NCBI GenBank assembly: GCA_012295275.1
Contig: CM022670.1
Coordinates: 30,814,001 to 30,878,000 of the forward strand
Direction of reading: 5' to 3'
Source: Chrysomallon squamiferum
Taxonomy: Eukaryota > Animalia > Mollusca
DNA length: 64,000 bases
The position numbers were made by a program, and so were the translations under genes. Below, in pieces: positions 31,485 to 45,706 of this stretch (its first letter is position 1; the number at the start of each line of letters is the position of its first letter). Under the pieces are notes generated by a model. The model was given only the letters and a program-made list of their open reading frames with translations, made no database searches and was not told the DNA's origin.

Positions 31485-31490
<6 letters not shown>
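30150..31490. repeat. About 300 bp near-perfect inverted duplication (30150-30447 vs 31192-31490), spacer about 745 bp
   Basis: e.g. gctgtagacgccaaaaccgctttatacattactttatc (30387) is exactly reverse-complemented at about 31216-31253; few mismatches along the arms. Confidence 0.97.
30961..31183. repeat. Tandem triplication of a 70-80 bp A-rich unit
   Basis: atataattaaaaaacaaataaaa..agaaaaaaaacaagaaataacaaataacaaaataacattaa starts at 30961, 31041 and 31110. Confidence 0.95.
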
Positions 31491-31514
<24 letters not shown>

Positions 31515-31524
<10 letters not shown>

Positions 31525-32400
31525 TATACAATGTAGAACAAATAGTTTAATAAAAATGTACAATAGAAAACAGTTAACAATAATTTACAATACAGAACAA
31601 AAAATTCTATATTGTGAATTTTTATTAAACTGTTTTCTATTGTATTTTTTATTAAATTGTTTTCTATTTTGTATTTTAATAAAATATACAATGTGGAACA
31701 AATAGCTTAATAAAAATATACAACTGAAAACAATTTTGTAAAAATACACAATATAGAACAGATTAATAAAAATACACAATATAACAGTTTAATAATAATA
31801 TACGATATAGAACAAAATATTCTATATTTTATTAAACTATGTGTTCTACTTTGTGTATTTTTATTAAATTATTTTCTACTTTGTATTTTTATTAAACTAT
31901 CGTTGTCTTCAGCAAAAGATGTCAGAAGTATCATGGAAATCAATTTTTAACGTAATGAAATGTTTGCATCCTTGAAATTTGGTAACATAAAATGAACAGT
32001 GTATTTGATAAATCTAGCAGAAAATACGCCTGTTTATTCTTGCAGTTCAGTATTTGAACATCGAATGTCTGGCTGTGTTTTATTTAATCTGTTCAAATAA
32101 TAATTCCAAGTTTTTTTAATATTGTATATTGCAATAGATAAATTTTATATTTTTACTTTACATTTATAATTATATTTTTCTATAGTGTACATTTTAATGA
32201 AATTATTTTCTGTTGTATATTTGTATTAAACTGTTTTCTATTGTACATTTTTATTAAACTGTTCTATATTGTCTATTTTTATTAAACTATTTTCTACTCA
32301 TATGTTTATTAATCTGTTTGTTTCATTTCGTGTATTTTTATTAAACCCTTTTCTAATGTATATTTCGAAATAAATGGTTCTATATTGTGTCATTTTTGTC
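31515..32400. repeat. Degenerate about 30 bp AT-rich minisatellite in alternating orientations
   Basis: Unit like aataaaaatatacaatgtagaacaaatagttt recurs forward (31520, 31680-31810) and reverse (31620-31675, 31820-31900, 32190-32400). Confidence 0.8.
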
Positions 32401-34049
32401 ATTTTATATTAACTGCTGAATTCTTAAAGCTGAATTTTGGAACCGAAAAAATAAGTTTTTATTAATGTCTAATTTAATTACTGATTTTAAATAATGTCAG
32501 TCTGCAAGGATATACAGTACTCACACGCACACATATATACGTACATACATAGACACGTATACATACATACATACATACATAAATATATGCATGCATACAA
32601 CCATACAAAAAACATATAAGCATACAAACACACAAACATGCAGCACACATAAAATTTACTGTATACATGTGTATATATCTGCACTCTTGCACTCTTACGT
32701 ACAGGTTCTGTACGACTACCTTCTTGTAGCAGAAACTATATTTCATACTTTGAGTCTAAATCTCTTTGTACTTTTTGTTTATCTATTTATTATCTTTATG
32801 TAAAATAAGATGGAATATTTACGACTGGTTGTGGTATTTAATTTGTTTTCATTTCAGCACCATGAAATATAATATCTTTATTCTTCAGCATACTGACAAA
32901 TAAAATGCAGCATTCAGTGTGATATAATATGTACTTTTTCTGTCTCTGCCTCTCTGTTTATCGATCTATATATCTACCTTCCTACCTATCTAACGATTTT
33001 TCTTCTCTCTGTCTCTCTGGCTGTCATTCTATTTATCTATCTCTATCTATCTATTTCTCTTTTGTTTCAGATGTCTCTCACTTTCTGTACTAAATATATG
33101 CATAGATAACTCTATTCATTTTTCTATTTATCTATCTATATCTGTCTATCTCTTCTTCTCTCTTTGTGTGTGTCTTTTTCTCTCTTTCTAATTCTCTCGC
33201 TGTGTCTCTCTCTCTTTCTCTATTTTCACATTAAGATAAACAGGAAAGGTCATGCAAACATATGTGTTATTTTTTTAAGTAAAACAATATTAACAGAAAC
33301 AAAATGCGATTATTTTTGTTGTTATAGTGTTGTTGTTCTTTTTCTTAGTTGAAATGCAGAATTGTAAAGTACAGCTGCGTTGTAGAAAAATAATGTAGTT
33401 CACCATATCTGGGATCCACCCAGGATCTAAAATATTTCCTTATAAATATTTGGAACTGTTTTAGGCTCATTAGACTTTGTGGGATTATAAATTAACAAAC
33501 ATTATGTGTGAAACTGGATAAATTGGATAAAGTAGCAGACTCGAAATGCATATTTGCTTTACATTACGAAATTGTGATTGTCTCTGACTGTAATTTTAAG
33601 TTGTTTGTGTGCTCGTGTGTTTGTATGTAATTGTTTGGATGTACGTGCGAAGTTTTTTGTTTGCGTGTATATATATAAACATATTCTTTTTCTTTTCATG
33701 CATGTTATTTTCTTACTGTATGTGTTTTTGCACGTGTTTGCAAACATGTAGATATATGTGTATCTCCACTAATAGGTACGAAATAGGTACGTGCATATAT
33801 GTAGACGTGAATGTGTATAGGACTGTTAATTCTGTGTATGTATCTGCAGTCGTATGTGTATGTGTTCCAGAAAGATGTTTAACAGATGCTTATATTTCTG
33901 TATGTACACAAGCTGGTTTTGGGGGTTTTTTTTATGTTGTTGTTGTTTGTCAGGATTGTTGTTGTTGTTGTTTTTTTTGTTTTTTGGGGGGTATTTTTGT
34001 TACTGCTATTTATTTTTTGTTTGATTTTTTGTTATTATTATTATTATTA

Positions 34050-34084
<35 letters not shown>

Positions 34085-34189
34085 GGTTTTCTGTGTACAG
34101 TAGTGTGGATATGCATGTGCATACCTATGTTCTGTGGTATTTATGCATAATATGTGTACGTAAATAACTGTGTGTGGATATGTTTGTGT

Positions 34190-34229
<40 letters not shown>

Positions 34230-35024
34230 TTCTCTGTACGTATACGTATATTTATTTGAAATAGTGCATTGTGGGTATCACTGTAACTATGTTTGCTTTT
34301 CTGTGTTTATGTGTTTGCATGTATGTTTCTGTGAGTGCATGTATGCTACTCTGTACGTAGTATGTAGTTTCTCCGCCAACTTCTTTTTGTGATGAGCTTT
34401 CATGTCCATTCGCCCGATATTTCAGTTTTCTTACTGAATTTTGTTATTATTTGTACAGCTTTTCAACAGTTCCAGTTCTGAAGTAGTTAAGTTTTGATTT
34501 CGTTAATATTTCATTAACAGATCTTATCTCCTTAGCATCTGTTTGTTAAATGTTAACTCTCTGGCACTATTGACAGAATTTCAGCTGCAGTTGTTAGTGG
34601 TAGACACGTTTACATCTCGGCTGAAATTCAAATGACCGCTGTTACTGTCGTCCAGCTACTTATAAATGACATCAATAATATATTAGAATTGTTTGCATTA
34701 TGTCATTACTTTACACATATTTTGTAATTCACTTATCATCCTTTTAATGAGAGGAATAGTTGATTTTGTTATAAATTTTATATGCGAATTAATTTTAAAA
34801 TTAAATATTAAAGATAAAAGGCTTTTTTTTTTCTCTTTTTTTTTTAGTATCTGATTCTGAATACTTCGTTCCGTCTGGAATTATAAAAGATGTTTATTAT
34901 ATTCGTCTTTTATTATTTATTTATTTATTTATAAAAAATTCAGGTTTTGTTGATGATATGGACAGCGATTGCACGTATTTGTATCTATTGCAATTACTTT
35001 AGTTAATCTCAGAATACATAATAC

Positions 35025-35174
<150 letters not shown>

Positions 35175-37472
35175 AATTTGCTGACCTAGCCATTTTTGCG
35201 AACAATAATTCCCTTTACACTCATGAAATATACTTTTTTCCCTCTCAAAAAACGTTATTTTGGGTCATTTAAATAATTTAAGCAAAATATCTTTACCGTT
35301 CTTTTAAATGTCCCTTCTCCTCCATCATCTCTTAACCGATTTGTTGTTAGTCATTGCAAATTGGTACTTTTGACTTCGTGTGGCAATTACCATACGCCTG
35401 AAGCTCTGAAAATAACGCCCCTTTCCATTAAATTGCTACCTGCTAAATGTTGATCATTCTGGAAGCAATGTTTTTGCTGATGAAAGCAACAAGACTCTGG
35501 AGCTAATTGTTTCATGCATTTGAAAATATTTTACATGTAGCTTTAGTGCCTTAACTGTATCATTGTTTTTTATAATGATGATCAAGCAATAATTTGCAAG
35601 AATGTCACTTCTTAGACCATTTATCCTATTTGCAGAAAATCGGTATAGAAGTATATGTATATTAATCATTGCTTCAGCACTTATATGTGAATTTCTTCAC
35701 ATTTTATTTTATTTTAACTATCTATCTGTCTTTCTATTTATATATCTATCGATCTGTTTAGCTATCTATTAGTTTTTGTTATTCTTCTTCTTATTATTAT
35801 TATTGCTGCTGTTGTTGTTGTCATCATCATTATTATCCTTTTCTTTTCTATATAATTAAAAAAAAAAAAAGGATAAAAAAAGAAATAAAAATGTTGAAAG
35901 TTTTTTGTAATGTATCAACTAACGTCATCACAGACATTATCGACTCATTAAATTTCAATTAGTGGGTTTTTTTCGTTTTTTTATATTGCTTGTTCAGTGA
36001 TTTCTGTTAATTAGGCGTCGCTACATAATGAAAAGGTTTGCAAAATAACATGAGTCCGAGATACTTCACTCTTGTTGAATTCTTGTTTCGTTTTGTATTT
36101 AAGAAAAAAGAAAGAAAAAAGCACAGAACAAAAAATTAATAGATAATAACCTGACATCATTTCATTTTAATTATTTTTAAATTTATTAAAGACGTAAATT
36201 CGACGATGAATCTTAGATCATTTAATCAGAATTAAAACGTAATACTAAAAACAAATAAAATAAAATAGATAAAAACTAATAATATAAATAAATAAATAAT
36301 GTAGAATGTGTAGTCCTATTGCAAAGTACCTTTAAATAATTTAGCTAATCACGTTTCCTCTTTAAACAAGCTACTGCGCTCGTAGAAATAAAGTAGTCGT
36401 GTTCATTTTAAATTCTCGATTACCTTTAGTGACCATTAAAGCGGTCAATTTTTTACATACATTGTTTTTAATATTTAACATATACAGGACATTTCTATTT
36501 AACATACATGAATATAAATATTGATAGAAGAAAACTGAATTAATTCCTTAAAGTCAGGATTAGTAGGTGTCAAAAATATCCTTACATACATACATGTATA
36601 ACTACGTACACACACAAACACACGCACACACACATTCATGCATGAATACGTACCCCCACACACACGCACACATACACACATATATATAATTAATGCTATT
36701 GAAGAGTTTATTGCATTGCTTCCAGCTCACAACGCTGATTTTATGGATTAGCAAGAAGATAAATTGTATATTGCTTTCCCATAGACCGGAGAAAAGGTAG
36801 CTCCGCTTTTGACGTAACTAAAATGGGATACCAGAACAGGAAACTCCCACATTCGACACAGAGAACTGCCAGAGAGTGACACAACTGTATTAGGCCTACT
36901 TAGAAGAAAAAAAAAATAATAATAAAAATTAAATAACAAACATAAAGCAGAAGGAATAAAAGCTTTTTTTATAAAATTATTTTTATGACATTAATTATCT
37001 ATACATTTCTCCGGGCCATTTAGAAATTAAAAGAGATTTTAATAGCTCCTTGTAAGCAAAAAAATTATTTAATGGTAGATACTGAAGAAGAAATTTACAA
37101 CAACAAAAAATACATATCAAACTACTAAACAATAACGACGATAAAACGAAATCAGAAACACATTAAGTTATCGATCAGCGATGTAATCTGTTTGTATTAG
37201 GAGATTAAAAATAAGTAATGAAATATTAAAAAAAGTAATAAAAAACAAATTAAAAAAAAGATGAAGAAAACAAATATATCTTGAGAAATTAAGAATAGAT
37301 AGATAAATCTCACCATCTACAAAAGAGCTTAACAAGATCACATGTGTATGCTGCATGTGTGTGTATGTGTATGTATGTATACATATGTATTTATCTATGT
37401 CTGTCTATCTATGTATCTACATATGTGCATGTATATGAATTATGTATGTATCTATTCAACCATCTATCTTTC

Positions 37473-37504
<32 letters not shown>

Positions 37505-37505
37505 T

Positions 37506-37585
<80 letters not shown>

Positions 37586-38062
37586 AAACATCAACAACTG
37601 ATGCATCATGTATTTCAATTAATTCAATACAACACAGATATACATCGCGTCACAGTGTCGCTGGTATCAAATTCTTATTAGATAGCCTATGTTTGAACCG
37701 TGATAATGAAAGAGGCAAGACCTCCTGTCTCGATCCCTGCGGATTATTACGAATTCTGAACGTATGAAAATATCCTTTTAAAATGTATTTCTTTTCCGTC
37801 AAAAAACACAACTTGTTTTCTTGATATAAAAATATTCTGTAGAGATTAATGGCATGGTTTATCGTCTTTATATATGTTACTGGGTGTGTATGTGTGTTTG
37901 TGTATATATGTGTGTATGTATTATGTAGGAAGTTATGTAAATACATTTATATAGCTAGACAGATAGATAACAGATGGTAATATATAGGTATTATTGCTTC
38001 TAAATACATTATGAAAGACCGAGAATTTAATTTTGCTAATTTTTACCCAACGAGAAACAAAC

Positions 38063-38174
38063 TGTAATGAAACTAGCTTTCAAAAACATACTGATAGCCT
38101 TAATTTAATTTTTATTAAATTTTATATTTAAGGCTATAAAGTTCATGTATGTTTTGAAAGCTAGTTTCATTACA
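38063..38174. repeat. Short fold-back inverted repeat
   Basis: tgtaatgaaactagctttcaaaa(a)catac pairs with gtatgttttgaaagctagtttcattaca; inner atagccttaa/ttaaggctat. Confidence 0.92.
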
Positions 38175-39111
38175 ATTGTTTTTGTTGTTACAAAGAAACA
38201 AAATCAACTACATTTGTGAAATTCTGCTCTAAAAAGGCCAAGAGTAAAAGTGTTTTACGCAATATCGATTACTCTCTCTGTGTTGTAATTAGTCACATTC
38301 GTAAAGCTGCAATTGCAAATAAAAAAACAACTATTGCCCAACATATAGCTGAATTGCCGAACCAAGAATATCCTAGAGCTAGTGGTAAAAACAAACAGAC
38401 CACTGACCTTATGACAATATCGTAGTAACTTATCAGTACATGTAATATTTGAAACACTGATCCAATACATTTTGTGTATTATCTGTGTGTTTACTTTATA
38501 ATGATGATCAATGCCTTTTTTTACACATAGGTACGAGTCAGAGCAAGCTGTCTTTAGGTACGTGATTGTTGAGCAAGTATGATTGTTTCATGAGTAATGC
38601 ACCTATCATTTCTATTTTCCGATTAAAGGTTAAAATATGCTTCATGCCTAGGTAAGAGGTTAATGGACAGTGTGAAAGGAAAGTATTACTAAACGATTCC
38701 TTTTTGATCTAAATAATTGAGCTTACTTTGAAATTGCTAACATTTGTGCATATACTAATCGTTTATAATGTTTATAAACAGTAAGACAAAGGTTTCTAAC
38801 ATTATTATACAGATACCATATAAAAGAGTACATATATTTAATTTCCTTCGCTTTATTCAGGCTGTTATTCGTCAATTTACTATGGAAAGTGTATGACACA
38901 TTCATAAACACAAACATAAAACATGGCCATACACATGTACATACGTACCTGTATGTTAAAAGTTCAACTTGTGTGTTGTAAATCTTGTAGACAGATTACG
39001 CTTGTCGTCTTATTTCAGAGAGAGATTGCATCATTCTCTGGATTTATATGTAAGTAGTGATTTGTGTCAAAACTATAAATGATAGAAATGCATTAATCAT
39101 GTATTAAATAA

Positions 39112-39164
<53 letters not shown>

Positions 39165-39519
39165 TTGTAACAATAATAATAATTGTAAAACATACCATTT
39201 GCAACACTAACATCTATCCAAGTAATTCACTCCCTAAACTTTAGAAATCAAAAATATAAGAATCAAACAATATTTTAATTTATAAAAATCTGAATACAAT
39301 TATAAAAACATGTTACCAAAGTAAAAATAACATTTACAAATTTATCATTAAATTTTTGTATATAAAATTACAAAGCTTAGAACGGTAATCCGTCTAAGAC
39401 TGTACATTTCGTTCTTAGAGGACACCAAAATGAAGTTACAAACCAATTCAAGCGTATGCCCGCTGTGTACATATTTTCAACTTTGTGAGCAATTTATTTC
39501 ATATTTACGCTAAAGGTGT

Positions 39520-39675
39520 TTTGCAGCCGGGTCTCTTGGGAGCACATGATTGTGTTGGTGATGAAATGTAGCGCAAGATGTGACGCCATCACAAATCTCT
39601 CTTGAGCCCTTGCATACAGTAACCATCTCGTTATATCCCGCGAGATTTGACGTTATTTTAAATCGACGACGACAT
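39520..39675 (+). promoter_or_regulatory. Candidate promoter
   Basis: ATCCCGCGAGAT at 39635-39646 (one mismatch to the TCTCGCGAGA promoter palindrome), TGACG half-sites, local CpG enrichment, splice donor-like site downstream. Confidence 0.35.
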
Positions 39676-42316
39676 TTTTGTTACTTGACAATGTTTGTGA
39701 TGAAAGAGTGTACTTTGTTCTTATGGTTAAGAACCTTTTAGTGTCACATTTTAGAGAAGGTTTTTACACTGGTTTGGGTTTTTTGAAAATACGAATGACC
39801 AAGGTAAAGATTCATGATGGTGAGGTGACGTCTCATACATTTTTTAACTTGTTTTGGAAAGTACTCAATCCTGAATTCATTAAAAAAAAAAAAAAAAAAA
39901 ATATTCTTGGTCTTTTGTTATTTATTTCATAATTTTGTTCCAAATGTAACCTTCAGCTATAGGGTTTTTTCACAAATTACAATAGAAATCGACAAAAAAT
40001 AGCTTTTCTTTCCTTTTCGTTGCCTGTTATTCTAACATAAAATTGTTATTTTAATGTTTTAAAATAAACTAGTCATATCTGATTTCAGATAATTATTGTT
40101 TCAGTACATCATATTTCATTTCTGTTGATATGTGAAACAATTTGTTTTTATTACTTTACGTGAATTTATCATAAAAGTATGTACTACATACATCTGTGTC
40201 TGTATGTATGTCTGTATTTAATGTGTCTATATCTTCACCTGCGTGTATTTGACAATGTCATCTTTGCTTGCTATTCAGACAGAGGTTGAACCAATATAAT
40301 GCGACGACAAAATGAACTGTTTGAAAATAATCCTTAGATGTGGCTTACTTATCCCCAAGGTATTGATATTTTCAACTTAGAAATCCCTTGAACACCTCAG
40401 AATGTGTTAAGGTGCCTGCATTAGTAAAACGTGTCAGATGTTTATTTGACTGCTGTCTCATTATTTGATTTCCCCACAGATCGGATGCCAAATTTTCATA
40501 TGCATTCCATCTTGGTTTGCCGATTATGTCGCCGTGAACAAGGCAGCAATAGAGAGCGTGTACTTACTGTCCAGAACGTCAAATTAAGTTACACACATTT
40601 CAATGCTTCTTAAAGTGACTAATGAAATAAAACTCGGATTTTAGAGGGTATGAATATGCATGTAGTTTATCACCAAGATGATATCCTTTGTTCTCGGGTA
40701 ATTGCATATTTAAATAACATGTGAATGAAATACAGTAGATGAAAGATAACGTCATTGTTAAAGGCCTCTGATAATCATAACGCAACTTTTCTTTTGAACA
40801 AAATAGTGTTGCTATTCTCTTTTGACTTTTATCTGTGTGTGGGAATTAAATTATCATATATATGTTACTTTTATGTACTAAATGTACAACAGATTATCTT
40901 CTCACTTTAATTTTAAACAAGGAAAGACAATAACTTATTGTAAAATAGTAATGTATGGTAGCTTGTAAAAAAATACTTCTGCCCACAGTTCTTACATGAC
41001 AAACAGTATTTTTCAGTATATTCAGTAAAAAGATTTTTTCATATTTAATACATGTGTGTATTGTGTGTTAAAGTTACAGGACGGAGTTATTTTTTCTTTC
41101 TTAACTGAGATAAGGTGAAAAATAATTAAATAAACTGTTTTAAAATGCAATGAACAGAGAGACAGGTATGACAGTGATTTATAATTGTGACATTTATTTT
41201 TTATGTCAGTGATATTATTCTAAAGATATCAAATCTGTAGTTCAGTTTCATTTTCACTTCTGAATAGGAATCTACACAACAAAAAACGAAAGAAAGAAAG
41301 AAAATGAAAACTACAGAAACCTTTTGTTTATCTCATTATTATTAGCAAAGGTATGTGTGTGAAATATATAATACATAATACATATTTTTTTAATAAATTT
41401 TGTATGAACTCTAAATTCTGTATGCATTAAGTAATATTTTCTTATGTATGTACAAAATTTTATTTTTTGTTTTAATGTACCTCTTACGGTAATTATTTAA
41501 TGATTTTTCTATTTTTAGTTCAAATTAAATCAGCTTTTGACAAAATGTATTTTATATTAATGGATTATTTCTCCATAATGAAGTAAAATTTATTTTTCAG
41601 TACATTTATCTACGTATGTTGAATAACCTCAAACAATTAACATGGGTTTAAGGCATGAAATATGAAGATCCATTCCTAAACATAGATGTCTTACAGAAAA
41701 AAAAAAAAAAATTAATAATATAATAACAATAATAATTAAATTTTAAAAAGTAAAAGTAAATAATAATAAAAAAAAATGATTAATGAATAATCAGGACTAA
41801 TCAAAACAAAATATAAAACACGAAAAATTAAATTTAAAGGAAAAAATATAACGTTTTTAATTTTCAATTAATCAGAATTTTAATAGTTTGGAAACATTAG
41901 ACGGGTTTTATATGTAACCAGATATTGCGTGTTGACTTATGAATCATCTCATCGGAAAATGATATCGATGATTGCAGTTGATGAACAACTATCTTAAGTG
42001 AATTAACACAATAGTACGACGATGACAGCAGCAATTAGATTGTTTGAGAAATTATCCTTCTTTATGGTTTAGTTTGGGTTACTTTCAAAATAGCAAACAT
42101 TTAACTGGAATTTTAAAAACTTTTGATCTTAGAAAACACTAATGTCTTTTCCTTCTTGAAATTATTTCTTGTGAAGTTTGATTTTGCTCTTGCTCCTGTT
42201 CTCATTCTGATCTTTTTTTTTATACAATGGTTTATCTAATTAAGTATCTACAAAATCCAATATAAGGTTTTTTGTTCATTCTTTTAAAAAGAAAAAAATA
42301 ATAATAATAAAAATAG

Positions 42317-42367
<51 letters not shown>

Positions 42368-43208
42368 ATTGAACTCAAATCTTTGCTGCTCAACATGTTT
42401 AATAATCAAGACTTTTTCTGGAGCTGTTTACCACTGTATAGAACATCTGTACTTGATTGTATTTTATGTTAAATTGTTTAAAATTATATTTCACTGAAAA
42501 AGGTATTAATCAGACATAATCATTTTAATAATCATTTTAGGCTAGTCAATTAATGGATATCCATTAGGTGAAAGGCTTGCAATAAATACGTCATTTGTGT
42601 CGCTGTCTCTCTTTCACACAAACACACTGATAATTACTGTTTTTATTATCATCAGTAATAGAAATATTAGAAGTAGTGGCAGTTGTATTAGTAGTAGCAG
42701 CAGCAGTAGTAGTAGAGACAATAATAGTTGACTATTAGTAATAACAGTAGTACTAGTATTTTACTATTATTATTTTTTTTTTTCATCTCACTTAGCCTTT
42801 AAAAACAAATCTAAAAAATTTTATGTGGACTTCTTCGCTTCAGTTGCAGGATGTCAGCTATAATTATTGGCACTGATTTGGCAGCTGTTTGTTTTATATT
42901 TTCTGTTGGGATTTTTCTCTCTCTTCCTTACTTCTAGTAATGATGCAGGTTTTTTCCATTCTGTTTCTCATACATTTATATTTATATTTACATTTAGCTT
43001 TCAGAAGGAGAACGATCTTAAAAATACATTATTTAAAATTTTGTTGTTGTTATTTAATGTTTTTATGTAAATTATAGAAATTGATTTATTTTCTCTTTTT
43101 TAGGAAATACAATATTTCAAAATAAAAATAAATATCACAAAATTCCTTAAAAATTTCATGTAAATTAAAATTTGTAACCTGTATTAGGCTTTTATTCTTT
43201 TTTTTTTG

Positions 43209-43268
<60 letters not shown>

Positions 43269-45659
43269 TACACGTTTTGTGTTTTCTTTAAATTTTATTT
43301 TATCGATATGCTTCTAAATTATGTTGTAATCATAGTAAAGAATAAAGCTTCAGCAAATTTTTATTCATGTTATTTCTGAGAAAATACCAGTAATTTATTA
43401 TTAGATCATTATATTATAAATATTAGCTGTGATATTCTTATGCCTATTGATGTTGCTTCTTTCCTTGATAAAAATTATTCCATCTCAAAAACGACATTCA
43501 TTGTAATGCTCGCTGGGAAATTTCCTTTCTAACAAAGACTATGTCCAGTTTATGAAAGACAGTGGTATGAGTTTACCAGTTTATTGAAATGTTATTCAAA
43601 TTGTTGCTTACTGATATTAGTGGATGGAGGATATTAAATTTCAGTTGATTGTTAAATTGTAATTCATATTACAATACATTCAGATGTGTTTCTTAAATAC
43701 AATGATTAAGACCTCTGAAATTCTGAATTGGTTCTATACGTTTTATGATGGTCAATGAACTACTCTTCTTAATAAACTGCAATGTTAAAGACTGGTGCTG
43801 GGTTTGTTTCAGAGATCAAGAAATACTGCTTGTAACACGATGATCAAAAGGAAATTCGAGCCACAAGTAGTCAGAATAACATTAATTGACAGAAATTTAG
43901 AATACGTTTAGTCACCCTCTGATTTTGAATTAATAATTTTATTATTTGAAATTTACTTTCTATGCATTACACATTATATTAATATTTAACTTTGTTTTTG
44001 TTTTATATCCTACATCTTTTTCAAATAATTTATGAAAGTTGTTGTTTTTATTTTGTAATAGCATATTCATGTATTAACGTAGGCAATGGATAGAAAATAA
44101 TTATAACTGTGCCATCTCTTAATTTAAACCACAAACATGCATACACTCAAAATGTAAAACAATACGTTATTTATTAAAAAGCTAAGAGTATTTTTGATTA
44201 GACAACATAGATTTTAGTTTTATGTGTGACAAATTCATCTTTAAACATTTGTATGACTAGAATAAATAAGTATAGCATTCGTTATAGCCAGTGATTAGCC
44301 AAGTTAAATCATTAACAAGCAAATAAGTTAAAAAACAATAATAATAATAATAATATGCCCTTGGGAATCTTGGAGTGGTTCAGCTGCGTGCATTTTTTTC
44401 AGTGATTGTTTTAGTACAAACATTTTCTTTAGTTCAAATTAAAAGTTAATTTTGGATTATGATCAAGAAAGGTTTACACAGAACATATACGTGACAGCTA
44501 AACTGCATAAATTATCAGAAGAAACAGACTATCCCTTCTTTCATAGATAAAAAGGAAAAGAAGAATAATACAAATATCTTCTAACTTGTCAAGTGAGTTC
44601 AACAGCGCGCTGTCTTCTGAAGAGTTGCAGAAAAGAAAGAATTATTTCACGTACGTTTAGAGTCAATTTTAAGAAATTATACAGCTATTATGCAGAGCTT
44701 CATTAACGAAAGGAAATTATGGAAATGGTTATTCAAAGTAGTTTGTCTTTATTTCTGCCACGTCTCCAGGGTCATCAGTATTATCATGGAATCGTCGTTA
44801 ATTGTTTGGCAGGGTAGTGTCATTAGAAGTTAGCAAAAGACGAGTTCTTATGAACCTATCAACAATGACTGAGTGAGTGGATCACTGTGTGATGAATGGA
44901 TTAAGACAAGTAGCCAGACTGCACGCGATGCCATAGTTTTCTCATTGTTTTCTTCTTATTACTCATCTAACCCTGGCATTGACAGTCACACTGAACAAAC
45001 ACCAAGCTTAGCAGAAGTTGATTCATACAGTTCATATCCATGAATCGGCTCCAGAATCGAGCTAAATAATTACAAACTTTGTTGATTTTGTGACCAAATT
45101 ATACCTCATCAATTGCTCAGTTGTAAACTAAAAAAAAAAAAAATGAATTGTTAGTTTTTTTTGTTGTACTTCTGACAGAAGAAAATAAATATGCGGAAAA
45201 AATCAACTTTAGTTGCTTAGATTAAAGAATTCATGAACTTATTTTTAGAATATGTATAGTATGTCTACATACAAATGTCAATTTATAAATCACTACTATT
45301 TATTAAATGGACTGCTTTTAAAATGTAACAAATCTAGAACTAATAATGAATAAATAAATAATTTAAAATACTACTAATAAATAATAATAACAATAAAAAT
45401 CTATGTAATAATAAAACAAAACAAAAATTAAATAATAAATTATATTATTTGAAGAAGTAAATGATTTGCTCAATAATTAGGGGTTTTTGTAACTTTCGTA
45501 GAAAAAAATTAAACTTAACACTGTAGTGGATATAAGTAAATATTAATGAAATCATTTTCCCTATAAAGAAAAAAGTGCTGACCATCCAAAAATGTATTCC
45601 TTTCTCTCCACCTGGACATGCATATGATCATGACAAGTATACATCACATTAATACAAAT

Positions 45660-45706
45660 ACTCAAATAAAAACAAGTAACAAAGAACATTAGTCGGACAA
45701 TTTATT
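45660..45706 (-). terminator. Candidate polyadenylation signal with downstream GU/U-rich element
   Basis: Minus strand reads AATAAA (45706-45701) then ttgtccgactaaTGTTCTTTGTTACTTGTTTTT, near the edge of the CpG-depleted domain. Confidence 0.45.
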
